A stretch of 64,000 bases of DNA from Planctomycetota bacterium (GTDB taxonomy: Bacteria > Planctomycetota > UBA1135 > UBA2386). Positions within the stretch are counted from its first letter, which is position 1; every line of letters starts with the position of its first letter. The position numbers and the translations under genes are program-made. Location of the stretch: contig DASRJH010000031.1 in assembly GCA_035649575.1 (NCBI GenBank), positions 2,746 to 66,745 on the forward strand, written 5' to 3'. The notes beneath the pieces were generated by a model. It searched no databases. It had not been told where the DNA came from and saw only the letters and a program-made list of their open reading frames with translations. Below are positions 8,336 through 17,135 of the stretch, piece after piece.

Positions 8336-9259
8336 TGGGTCATCCGGAAGTCGCGTTGGTAGCTGAGGCCAACTGATCTTTGGTTGAACTACTGCGCCGA
8401 AACGAGCGACGACGTAGTGCCAGTCCCAACGGAACGAGCCGGCGCCGTCGCGGCGGAATCTGCTGGGCACGAACTGAAGCCGGCTCGACGCCCGCACGCT
8501 TGGCACGAGAATCTTCTCCTCGTCGACACCAAGGTCCGGAATTGGCTCCTCTGGCGGGCCTGGATCAGCGGGCTTGGGGATCACACGCTGCAGCTCGAGC
8601 ACAGCCTTCGTCACGGTGTCGCTGCACAGTTCGGGATCGCGCTCGAGTTCGCGCAACGGCGCAGCATTGCCGCCGACCGCGAACACGGCGGCGATGGCTT
8701 GGGGCACGAACACACGGAAGCCAGTCCGCAGACCCCACACGAGCTCAAGTCGTTCGTCGATCGGGCTGCGACGGATCACGGGCTCGCTCTGGACCGTGAC
8801 GCCATGGACCTCTCGACGGGCTCGCTTCCGCCCCGTCCGTCTTTCCCACTCCGCCGTCAGGCGCTCGCGAGCAACTTCTGCAGGATGTCGAAGCCGGTAG
8901 CGAAACGGAGAGCGCGCCGAATCATCGGTTCGGTCGTCGTCGCCCGGATCTTCGGCATCAACGCGCTCATGCTGGTCGCGTCCGGTGGTCCTGATGTAGC
9001 CGGGCCATGGCGCGGCGCGCGCGCTGATCTGGCTCCCCGTCCATTGGTTTTCATCGTCTGGATACCGCTCCCACGGCGCGAGCGACTCCAGCATGCACAA
9101 CAGATCGGCCACAGCCCGAGCCGGCGTCGGCCGCACGAGTTCGCTGCCGTCGTTGTCGACGAACACCTCGAACCCTTCCGGCAACGCCGGCCGCGCGATC
9201 GCTGCGGGCTGCGGTGCCGGCACCGTCGCGGCCCCGCGCCTCTTCTTGCTGTTCGCCAT
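8258..9259 (-). CDS. Hypothetical protein immediately downstream of the integrase (island-borne)
   Basis: Coding-like composition with no recognisable motif. ATG 9259 (MANSKKRRGAATVP) preferred. The last ~45 codons run antisense through low-GC DNA and overlap the 3' end of 6368..8335 by 78 nt, so the native C-terminus may have been replaced. Confidence 0.5.
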   Translation of the reverse strand: MANSKKRRGAATVPAPQPAAIARPALPEGFEVFVDNDGSELVRPTPARAVADLLCMLESLAPWERYPDDENQWTGSQISARAAPWPGYIRTTGRDQHERVDAEDPGDDDRTDDSARSPFRYRLRHPAEVARERLTAEWERRTGRKRARREVHGVTVQSEPVIRRSPIDERLELVWGLRTGFRVFVPQAIAAVFAVGGNAAPLRELERDPELCSDTVTKAVLELQRVIPKPADPGPPEEPIPDLGVDEEKILVPSVRASSRLQFVPSRFRRDGAGSFRWDWHYVVARFGAVVQPKISWPQLPTRLPDDPSIESPNVPVRVQPPQRTITSLGDLS

Positions 9260-9365
9260 CGCGTTCGCCTCACGCAATCGCCTGCAAGGAAGTGTCGGTG
9301 GCAGCCGCGCAGGCGAGCACGACCCGGCGCGGGTGCTACCCGCACCGTTGCCACCGACGGTGAAT

Positions 9366-10667
9366 CTAGCTCGCTCCCACGATCTGGTCGAGCACGCGCA
9401 CCGCGCGAACCTGCTCGGCGGCGCTGCTGTGATAGTAGCGGCTCGTCGTCGCGATGTTCTTGTGGTTCGCCGCGGCCGACGCGGCCGCGATGCCCGCCTC
9501 GTTCACGACGCGCGTGACGGCGGTATGGCGCAGTTCGTGGTTCGTGAAGTCCTCGACGCCGGCCTTCGCCGCTGCGATCTTCACGTGAAGCCGATACGCC
9601 ACGGTGTTCCAACGGTCGTTGAAGCGTCGCCGCATCGGTTGCTTGCGACGCCGGCCGGCCGCGTGGCGGTCGGCCATGCGCTTGGCCGGCGAGAAGATGA
9701 AGGCCTTCGGCAGCGCCGGGAAGCGCTCGAGGATCGCTTGCGCCTCCTTGCCGAGCAGGTAGCGCGTGACATGCCCCAGGTGCTCGGTCTTTGCGCCCTC
9801 GACCGTGTAGATCCAGGTGCCGTTGGGGCCGTTCTTGTTGATGTCCGCCCAGCGCATCAGGCAGACGTCGCCGGGCCGCATCGACGTCTTCAACTGCAAC
9901 CGCATCATCGCCGCGACCTGGCTGCAGCAGTGCGCGGCGACCAGCTCGATGTCTTCCACGGGCACCGCGCGCCGGGCTCGCTTCCCGTGCTCCGGCCGGC
10001 CGGAGCACTGGCCGGGCTTCAGGTTCGACAAGCTGGCGCAGTCGAGCCACACCGGCTTCGGCACGAGCCCGCGCGACTCGCCCCACCTCAGCATGTCCTT
10101 CACGAGCCAGACCCATCGGTTGATCGTCTTGCGCACGTGGTCGGGGTAGTCGGCTTCGATGCGGTCCCGCCAATGCACCAGCAGGGCTTCCTTCAGCCGG
10201 CGCACCGGCACGGCGCCGGCGAACTCCTCGAACAGCGTCAGCACGCGGCGAGTCAGCCGCCGGCGTGACGTCTCCTTGCGGTGCTTCAGGAAGCGGCCCG
10301 TGGCGACGATCCACGCCTGGTACTGCGCCGACAGCTCGCGCACCGTCAGTATCGCCTCGTTTGCAGTGATCGCACGCGGCCCGATCGGCTCGCGTCCATT
10401 CTCGTTCCACTCCTCGAGCAACTCCGCGTAGCGCTTGTGCGACGCCGGAGTGCCCCAGACGCCGAGGTAGTGCGTCTTGCCGTTGAGCCGCACCCGGGCT
10501 TGCCCCGAACTGTGCTTCGTCATCTTCGGCAACCGAGACGTCGCGCCCCTTGCCTTCTCAGTCGTCGCCGTCGTGCCGTTGTCATCCGCGCGCATGCCGG
10601 TGCAGTCGAGCGAATCGACGGCACACGAGGGCGCGCCTTCGCGTCCCTTCGAAGTGATCTTGACCAT
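9366..10667 (-). CDS. Tyrosine-type site-specific integrase
   Basis: N-terminal ARVRLNGKTHYLGVWGTPASHKRYAELLEEW is typical of the integrase arm-binding/SAM-like region. Catalytic elements MRPGDVCLMRW (Arg), HELRHTAVT (HxxR) and NHKNIATTSRYYH (His...Tyr). Alternative starts at 10595 or 10523 are possible. Confidence 0.9.
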   Translation of the reverse strand: MVKITSKGREGAPSCAVDSLDCTGMRADDNGTTATTEKARGATSRLPKMTKHSSGQARVRLNGKTHYLGVWGTPASHKRYAELLEEWNENGREPIGPRAITANEAILTVRELSAQYQAWIVATGRFLKHRKETSRRRLTRRVLTLFEEFAGAVPVRRLKEALLVHWRDRIEADYPDHVRKTINRWVWLVKDMLRWGESRGLVPKPVWLDCASLSNLKPGQCSGRPEHGKRARRAVPVEDIELVAAHCCSQVAAMMRLQLKTSMRPGDVCLMRWADINKNGPNGTWIYTVEGAKTEHLGHVTRYLLGKEAQAILERFPALPKAFIFSPAKRMADRHAAGRRRKQPMRRRFNDRWNTVAYRLHVKIAAAKAGVEDFTNHELRHTAVTRVVNEAGIAAASAAANHKNIATTSRYYHSSAAEQVRAVRVLDQIVGAS

Positions 10668-10794
10668 CGCCTTGGCCTCGATTTGGACAGTCGACTGTCC
10701 ACTTTGGAGGAGGCGGTGCTACGCCTCGCTTCTCACTCCACGCGCAACGCGCGACGCGGAACCGAGCTGCGTTCGTCGTTCTGGAGCACGTCGC

Positions 10795-10859
10795 AGCTCG
10801 ACATGTTCCCGCAGACCTGCCACGTAGAGGCCGTGGCGTGCCTCGAACGCAGCACGTGA
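10795..10859 (+). pseudogene. Diverged duplicate of the rlmD 3' end (island-side arm of attR)
   Basis: Encodes ..LDMFPQTCHVEAVACLERST* versus the genuine ..IDMFPQTAHIEAVAMLERST* at 4618-4674. There are three amino-acid differences in the last 19 codons, and no methyltransferase body lies upstream. Confidence 0.7.
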
Positions 10860-10869
10860 GAAACAGCGC
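10842..10869. repeat. attR-type core (direct repeat copy 2)
   Basis: Exact 28-bp match to 4657-4684. Confidence 0.85.
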
Positions 10870-10896
10870 CGAAAGCCGGTTCACCCTCGTCACCCC

Positions 10897-11418
10897 TCAT
10901 GAGGAACCACTCTTCGTCGCGTGGTGCAGGCCGGCGATCGCATGCGCGACCTCGGCCGCCAGACCTGCGGCAATCCCCCCCGGGCCATCCTCACTGGTGC
11001 TCGGCTCCAGCTTGCCGTGGGTGTGTTCGACGGGCGCCTGCGGTGCGGCTTTCAGTTCGCCATCCTGGAGCCACGCGAGGAACCGCTGGAACAGGAACCC
11101 CTCGTCGATCGTGTTCCCCATCGCCCAGAAGATGCCCACGCCGAGCGCCTTGGCCAGGTTCGGGCGCCTGGCGACCGTGAAGACGTAGACCGCGACCGGA
11201 TCCGCGAGAACGAACGACTGCCCTCGGAAGGACGGCAGCGTCCTGAGCCCACCGGGAACCGGCCACGGCATCCGTTGCGCCAGCTTGTAGACGGGACCGA
11301 ACTCGTCGACGCGGAGCGCCTTCACGACGTGCCCAGGCCCATCGTGTCGATCGGGCGAGTGCGGAGGGAAGAGCTCATCGGAGAGCCCTCCCTCCCGGCG
11401 TGCGAACTGAGGACCCAC
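10897..11418 (-). CDS. Hypothetical protein
   Basis: Non-junk composition (FVLADPVAVYVFTVARRPNLAKALGVGIFWAMGNTIDEGFLFQRFLAWLQDGE). No motif recognised and the start is uncertain. Confidence 0.45.
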   Translation of the reverse strand: MGPQFARREGGLSDELFPPHSPDRHDGPGHVVKALRVDEFGPVYKLAQRMPWPVPGGLRTLPSFRGQSFVLADPVAVYVFTVARRPNLAKALGVGIFWAMGNTIDEGFLFQRFLAWLQDGELKAAPQAPVEHTHGKLEPSTSEDGPGGIAAGLAAEVAHAIAGLHHATKSGSS

Positions 11419-11627
11419 AGGGGCGAGAACGATCGGCAGCGCCTGCTGGCGAGTGCTGCGTCGTATGGCTGCGTGACCGACCCATTGCGAAGCTCCTGTG
11501 CAGGGGGTTCGCTTGGGTTGCCTTGGTTCTTCAACACCGCGGCGGCCGATTTCTTAACTGGTGAAGGAAAGAAACTCAGCGACGCCCAGGCGGGCATTCG
11601 ATGGCGGCGAGCGGCCGCGGAACGTTC

Positions 11628-13859
11628 TCACCGCGCCACGCACTGGGCTAGAGCAGTCAGGAAGTCCTCGGCCCAGGTGATCGCCGTCGTGCGGCCGACC
11701 GCGGCGAGCAGCCGCGCGTGGCGCGAGCGCCGCTCGTCGCCGTCCATGCGCAGCGCGCGGTCGAGGTCGCGCGCGAGCCCGTCGCAGTGCCAGGGATTCG
11801 TCAGCACCGCGTCGCCGAGCTCGACAGCGGCGCCGGCAAACCGCGACAGCACCAGCACCCCCGGATTCGCAGGATCCTGCGCGGCGACATACTCCTTCGC
11901 GACGAGGTTCATGCCGTCGCGCAGCGGCGTCACGTAGCCGACCGCGGCGGCGCGATACAGCAGCGCGAGCTGATCGTGGCTGAACGCGCGATACAGATAC
12001 CGGATCGGCACCCAGTCGGCGTCCCCGAACTGGCCATTCACGCGGCCGACGATCAGCTCGACGCGTTCGCGCTGTTCGACATACTCCGGCACGTCCCCGC
12101 GCGACGGCACCGAGATCTGCACCAGGCTCACGTGGCGCCGCCACTCCGGCTGCAGCTCGAGCAGCCGCGCGAACGCGGACAACCGCTCGGGGATGCCCTT
12201 CGTGTAGTCGAGGCGGTCGACGCCGAGCACCATCTTGTTCGGCGCGATCGCGCGCATCAGCTTGTCCACTTCGTCCATGCTCGCGGCGTCCGCGGGCTCC
12301 TGGAAACGCTCCGGGATGATGCCGATCGGGAACGCGCCGACGCGCGTCCGGCGGCCGCGGAGCTCGACGACGTCGTCGCCGACGCGCGTGCCTGGCAGCG
12401 CCGCGGCGCACTCGCGGAACGCGCTCGCGTAGCCGGGCGTGTGGAAGCCGATCAGGTCGAGCGACAGCATCGCGGTGAGGAGCTGCTCTGCCCACGGCAG
12501 TACGAAGAACACGTCCGGACCGGGGAACGGCACGTGCAGGAAGAGACCCAGTGGACCGGTGTGGCCGCGCCGCCGCAGCCGGTCGCCGAGCAGCAGCAGG
12601 TGGTAGTCGTGGATCCACACCGCGTCGCCGGCGCCGACGAGCAGCTGCGCGGCGTCGGCGAAGCCGTCGTTCGCCTGCTCGTACGCGGCCCAGTCGCCGT
12701 CGGCGATGCGCACACGTGTCGGGAACGAGTGCAGCAACGGCCAGAGGGCGCTGTTGCAGAAGCCGTTGTAGTAGTCGCGGCGCCACGCTTCGGGCAGGTC
12801 GACCCAGGCGAGCTCGGGTTGCCCGGTGTCGTCGAGCCCGAACTCGGTGATGCCATCACCCGGGGCCGTGCGGCCGCTCCAGCCGAGCCAGATGCCCTGG
12901 CGCGCGCGCAGCGCCGGCTCGAGCGCGGACACGAGCCCACCGACGTTGCGCTTGCCGCCGTCGCCGTGGTTGTTGGAGCGCAGCTCCGGCAGCCGGTTGG
13001 ACACGACCAGCAGCCGGTACGACCTCGCGGCGGCGGCCGGCCGGCGCTGTACGGGCACGGGCATGGGCTGCAGCTCCGCGCCCGGCGTGCCGCCGCGCAC
13101 CGCGACCAGCGAGCGCAGGAACTGCCGCGCCTCGCGTGGAGCGTCGAGCCGCCAGCGCGCCGCGGTCGCGCGGGTGCGGTCGTGGCCGACGGCGATCGTC
13201 TCGCCGTTGCCGTGCACCGCGCGGAACATGTCCTCGTCGGTCACGTCGTCGCCGATCGCGAGCAGCCGGCACCCGGCGCCGGCCTGGTCGCGCAGCCAGG
13301 CCAGGGCAGTCGACTTGTCCATGCGAGAGGGCCGCACCTCGACGACGCGCGCACCTCGCAGCTCGTGGAACGACGGATGCGACCGCAACCACGCCTCGAT
13401 GCGGCTGCCCACCTCGACCAGCGCGGCTTCGCGGTCGGCACGTGCGATCGCGCGGTAGTGGAAGGCCACCGACCACGTCTTGCGCTCGACGATCGCGCCG
13501 GGATGGCGCCGCGCTGTGCGTTCGAGCTCTTCGGCGAGGTCGGAGACCTCGTCGCGCGAAGCGCCGGCGAACTCCTCCCACGCGCCGCGGCCGCGCCGCC
13601 ATCCACCGTGCTCCGCGACGAGCGCCAGACCGTCGACGCCGCCGAAGAAGGTCTCGAGCTGCTGGCGCGGCCGGCCGCTGACGATGGCCGCGACGATCCC
13701 CGGCGCGCGAGCGACGTCCGCGACGAGCTCGAGCAGTTCGGCGTCGGGGCTCGCTTCGGCCGGCGTCGCCGCGAACGGCAGCAGCGTACCGTCGAGGTCC
13801 ATCACGACGCAGAGCGGCGACCACCGCGCGAGCGCGAGCCAGTCCTGCGCAGCGGTCAC
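11628..13859 (-). CDS. otsBA: Bifunctional trehalose-6-phosphate phosphatase (N-terminal HAD, OtsB-like) / trehalose-6-phosphate synthase (C-terminal GT20, OtsA-like)
   Basis: N-terminal VVMDLDGTLLP (HAD DxDGT) and AIGDDVTDEDMF. GT20 part RLLVVSNRLP..GGLVSALEP..WLGWSG..FCNSALWPLLH..IHDYHLLLL..LGVDRLDYTKGI..DGMNLVAKEY. Confidence 0.9.
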   Translation of the reverse strand: MTAAQDWLALARWSPLCVVMDLDGTLLPFAATPAEASPDAELLELVADVARAPGIVAAIVSGRPRQQLETFFGGVDGLALVAEHGGWRRGRGAWEEFAGASRDEVSDLAEELERTARRHPGAIVERKTWSVAFHYRAIARADREAALVEVGSRIEAWLRSHPSFHELRGARVVEVRPSRMDKSTALAWLRDQAGAGCRLLAIGDDVTDEDMFRAVHGNGETIAVGHDRTRATAARWRLDAPREARQFLRSLVAVRGGTPGAELQPMPVPVQRRPAAAARSYRLLVVSNRLPELRSNNHGDGGKRNVGGLVSALEPALRARQGIWLGWSGRTAPGDGITEFGLDDTGQPELAWVDLPEAWRRDYYNGFCNSALWPLLHSFPTRVRIADGDWAAYEQANDGFADAAQLLVGAGDAVWIHDYHLLLLGDRLRRRGHTGPLGLFLHVPFPGPDVFFVLPWAEQLLTAMLSLDLIGFHTPGYASAFRECAAALPGTRVGDDVVELRGRRTRVGAFPIGIIPERFQEPADAASMDEVDKLMRAIAPNKMVLGVDRLDYTKGIPERLSAFARLLELQPEWRRHVSLVQISVPSRGDVPEYVEQRERVELIVGRVNGQFGDADWVPIRYLYRAFSHDQLALLYRAAAVGYVTPLRDGMNLVAKEYVAAQDPANPGVLVLSRFAGAAVELGDAVLTNPWHCDGLARDLDRALRMDGDERRSRHARLLAAVGRTTAITWAEDFLTALAQCVAR

Positions 13860-14023
13860 GGTGACTCCATGGGGCGCGCCTTGCTCACTTCATGACCTGC
13901 AGGTGCTCGACGGCGTGTGAACTGCCACTGTACCCGCGGACGCCGCAGCCGGCCCCCGCCCAGGGTTCGCGCCCGATACGGGGACGCTAGCCCGACCGGG
14001 ACTGGCCCAGTAGCCTGCGCCGG

Positions 14024-15157
14024 ATGAACGTCCACTCTGCCATACTCGCGGCTGCCCTGCTCGCGGCCACGCTGCTCGCCGCCTGTTCTTCGATGCACTC
14101 ACACTCCAACGTCCCATCGCGTCACTTCGGCGTCGACCAGAGCGGCCGCCCCGCAACGCTCTGGACCATGCGCGCGGGCCGCGTCGAGGTGGACGTCACC
14201 GACTACGGTGCCACGCTGGTCGCCGTGCGCGCGCCGGACCGCGCCGGGTTCCTCGGTGACATCGTGCTCGGCTTCGACGACGTCACGGGCTACGAGTCGG
14301 GCGACAACCAGTACTTCGGCTGCACGACGGGTCGCGTGTGCAATCGCATCAAGAAGGGCGAGTTCACGCTCGACGGCTACACCTACGTGCTCGCGACCAA
14401 CAACGAGCCGAACCACCTGCACGGCGGCGCGCAGAGGAGTCTCGACAAGGTGCACTGGCAAGGCGAGGTCGTCGAAGCGGGCAGCGCGCGCCAGGCCGTG
14501 CGCTTCACCTACCTGAGCAAGGACGGCGAAGAAGGCTACCCGGGCAACCTGCGGATCTCCGTCACCTACACGCTGTCGTCCGACGATTCGCTGCGGATCG
14601 ACTTCGCCGCGACGACCGACCGCCGCACGCCCGTCAACCTCACGAACCACGCGTATTGGAACCTCGCTGGTGCAGGCGCTGCGACGGTGCTCGATCACAC
14701 GCTCTGCATCGATGCGCCCAGCTACACGCCGACCGACGCCACGCTGATCCCGACCGGCGCGATCTCGCCGGTGCTCGGCACGGCGCTCGACTTCGCGAGG
14801 CCGGTTCCGATCGGACTGCGCATCGACCAGCTCGTCTCGACGCCCGCGCGCGGTTACGACCACAACTACGTGTTGACCGAGGCCGACGGCCTCCGGCGGG
14901 CGGCCGTGCTGGCGCACGAAGCGAGCGGCCGTTCGCTGACCGTACAGACCACGGAACCCGGACTGCAGCTCTACTCGGGCAACTACCTGCGCGGGCAACG
15001 CGGCAAGAGCGGCAAGGCCTACGCGAAACACAGCGCGATCTGTCTCGAGCCCCAGCACTTCCCGGACAGCGTGAACCAACCGCGGTTCCCGAACACGATC
15101 CTCGAGCCCGGCAGGGTGTACTCGTCGACGATGCTGCTCACGTTCGCGGCCGAGTGA
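14024..15157 (+). CDS. galM: Aldose 1-epimerase (galactose mutarotase), lipoprotein-type signal
   Basis: MNVHSAILAAALLAATLLAAC is lipobox-like. GRVCNRIKKGEFTLDGYTYVLATNNEPNHLHGG, EGYPGNL, NLTNHAYWNL and ICLEPQHFPDS are typical mutarotase motifs. Confidence 0.85.
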   Translation: MNVHSAILAAALLAATLLAACSSMHSHSNVPSRHFGVDQSGRPATLWTMRAGRVEVDVTDYGATLVAVRAPDRAGFLGDIVLGFDDVTGYESGDNQYFGCTTGRVCNRIKKGEFTLDGYTYVLATNNEPNHLHGGAQRSLDKVHWQGEVVEAGSARQAVRFTYLSKDGEEGYPGNLRISVTYTLSSDDSLRIDFAATTDRRTPVNLTNHAYWNLAGAGAATVLDHTLCIDAPSYTPTDATLIPTGAISPVLGTALDFARPVPIGLRIDQLVSTPARGYDHNYVLTEADGLRRAAVLAHEASGRSLTVQTTEPGLQLYSGNYLRGQRGKSGKAYAKHSAICLEPQHFPDSVNQPRFPNTILEPGRVYSSTMLLTFAAE

Positions 15158-15167
15158 GAGGCGGCAC

Positions 15168-16022
15168 ATGTTCGCGAGCATCGAACTGGGCCGCCGCATC
15201 GAAGCCGCCGAAGCCCGCATGATGACGGCGTTCGCCGAGGTCGCGCAGGCTGCGGCGCCGCGGGGCACCGTGTTGCTCGAGCAGATCGGCGGCGGCGTCG
15301 CGGTGCTCGTGCAGCGAGCCTCGCCGATGAACAAGGCGATCGGGCTCGGCTTCGACGGTCCGCTCGACGAGGGCCGGCTCGCGGCGATCGAGACGGCCTG
15401 GCACGAGCGCGGCGCCTCGCTGCAGGTCGAGCTCGCCACGCTCGCGCGTTGCGAGGTGGCGCAGCAGCTCGCGGCGCGCGGCTACGAGCTGCGCGCGTTC
15501 GAGAACGTGCTCGGTTGCGCGCCCGCGAGCCTGAGGCCCGCGGCCCCGGCAGCCTTCGCGGTCGAGGACGCCGAGGAGCTCGATCGCGGCGCCTTCGTCG
15601 ATTGCATGGTCGACAGCTTCTTGCACGGCGATGGCAGCGGCGCCGGTTCGGCCGACGAGTTCGCGCGAGCCGACCTCGTCGCCGCGATGAGCGAGTCGAT
15701 GTCGATGCCTGGCATGCGCCGCTACGCGGTGCGCATCGACGGCGCGATCGCGGGCGGCGCGAGCATGCACGTCGATCCCCAGGGTGTTGCGCAGCTGTGC
15801 GGCGCCGCGACCGCGCCGCGGTTCCGGCGCCGCGGCATCCAGGCCGCGCTGTTGCGCTCGCGACTCGCCGATGCAGCGCGCGACGGGTGCGACGTCGCCG
15901 TGATCACGACACAGCCGGGCTCGAAGTCGCAGGCGAACGCGCAGCGACAGGGGTTCTCGCTGCTGTATGCCCGGGCCATCCTGGTCAAGCCGCCCAGGAA
16001 CCTCGGAGAACGACGGGACTGA
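15168..16022 (+). CDS. GNAT family acetyltransferase (acetyltransferase domain in the C-terminal half)
   Basis: AQLCGAATAPRFRRRGIQAALLRSRLADAARDGCDVAVITTQPGSKSQANAQRQGF matches the Q/RxxGxG/A acetyl-CoA motif context. Confidence 0.65.
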   Translation: MFASIELGRRIEAAEARMMTAFAEVAQAAAPRGTVLLEQIGGGVAVLVQRASPMNKAIGLGFDGPLDEGRLAAIETAWHERGASLQVELATLARCEVAQQLAARGYELRAFENVLGCAPASLRPAAPAAFAVEDAEELDRGAFVDCMVDSFLHGDGSGAGSADEFARADLVAAMSESMSMPGMRRYAVRIDGAIAGGASMHVDPQGVAQLCGAATAPRFRRRGIQAALLRSRLADAARDGCDVAVITTQPGSKSQANAQRQGFSLLYARAILVKPPRNLGERRD

Positions 16023-16154
16023 TTTGCCGTGGCGGCAGAGAGTCCCTCGCGCCGCGCGACAATCTCCGCCGAGTCAGGATGACCACTCTGCACCATCGCT
16101 GAAAGAACCGTCGCTGAAAGAACCGCCGCGGCACGACCCTGCTATCGTCCGCGC

Positions 16155-17129
16155 ATGCTCGCCCGTCTGCTCGCCGGTTTCTGCCTCGCTCTGCCCGCGC
16201 TCGCGCAACAACAGGCGCCGCCGGAGCCGTCCTTCGCGTTCCTCGAGAAGCCGCAGCTCGGTCTGCCGAAGATGCCGAAGCCCGACGGCTACACGCCGAC
16301 CGAACCGATGTTCGAGCTCGGCCGCCGGTTGTTCCTCGACACCATCCTGAGCAGCGACCGCACCGTGTCGTGCGCGACGTGCCATCCGATGGCCACCGGT
16401 TTCGCGAGCACCGAGCCGCGGCCGGCCGGCGTACAGGGCCGGCGCGCGTTGCGGCATGCGCCGGCGCTGTGGAACCGCGGCTACGGCACGCTGCAGCGTT
16501 GGGACGGCGCGTCGCCGAGCCTCGAAGCGTTCGTGCTCGAACCGATCGCGGACCCGAACGAGATGGACCTGCCGCTGGGCCAGGCGCTCGACCGTCTCGC
16601 GACCGACGCGGACTACCGGCAGCAGTTCGAAAAGACGTTCGGCGCTCTGCCGTCGGCCGAGAGCCTGCAGCGTTGCCTCGCGACGTTCGTGCGCGGGATC
16701 GTCGCGGGCGATGCGCCCTACGACCGTTTCCTGCGCGGCAACGCCGAGGCGCTGACGAAGGCGCAGCGCACGGGTCAGTGGATCTTCGAGAGCAAGGGCG
16801 CTTGCTGGAAGTGCCATACGCCGCCGCTGTTCACGGACGACAGGTTCCACAACACGGGAATCGGCGTGCGCGACGGCGTACCCGAGCCCGGACGCGCGCG
16901 CGTGACCAAGGACGAAGAGCACACGGGTCAGTGGAAGACGCCGACGCTGCGCGGCCTGCGCCTCACGGCGCCCTACATGCACGACGGTTCGCTCGCGACG
17001 CTGGCCGACGTCGTGGCCTTCTATGTGCGTGGCGGCAATACGAACCCCCATCTCGATCCGCGCATGCGCCCGATCGACTTGTCGGCCGACGACCAGCTCG
17101 CCCTCGTCGCGTTCCTGATGTCGTTGTAG
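16155..17129 (+). CDS. Di-haem cytochrome c peroxidase (CCP/MauG family)
   Basis: Signal peptide MLARLLAGFCLALPALAQ. Two CxxCH motifs (CATCH, CWKCH). WKTPTLRGLRLTAPYMHDGSLATLADVVAFY is the family signature. Confidence 0.85.
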   Translation: MLARLLAGFCLALPALAQQQAPPEPSFAFLEKPQLGLPKMPKPDGYTPTEPMFELGRRLFLDTILSSDRTVSCATCHPMATGFASTEPRPAGVQGRRALRHAPALWNRGYGTLQRWDGASPSLEAFVLEPIADPNEMDLPLGQALDRLATDADYRQQFEKTFGALPSAESLQRCLATFVRGIVAGDAPYDRFLRGNAEALTKAQRTGQWIFESKGACWKCHTPPLFTDDRFHNTGIGVRDGVPEPGRARVTKDEEHTGQWKTPTLRGLRLTAPYMHDGSLATLADVVAFYVRGGNTNPHLDPRMRPIDLSADDQLALVAFLMSL

Positions 17130-17135
17130 CTACCG

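Larger units (their letters stand above)
4657..10869. mobile_element. Integrated genomic island (~6.2 kb) with a tyrosine integrase, inserted at the 3' end of rlmD
   Basis: A perfect 28-bp direct repeat CTCGAACGCAGCACGTGAGAAACAGCGC lies at both ends. The integrase gene sits just inside the right end. A diverged duplicate of the last ~20 rlmD codons lies inside the right end. Cargo composition is heterogeneous, with one clearly low-GC gene. Confidence 0.8.
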
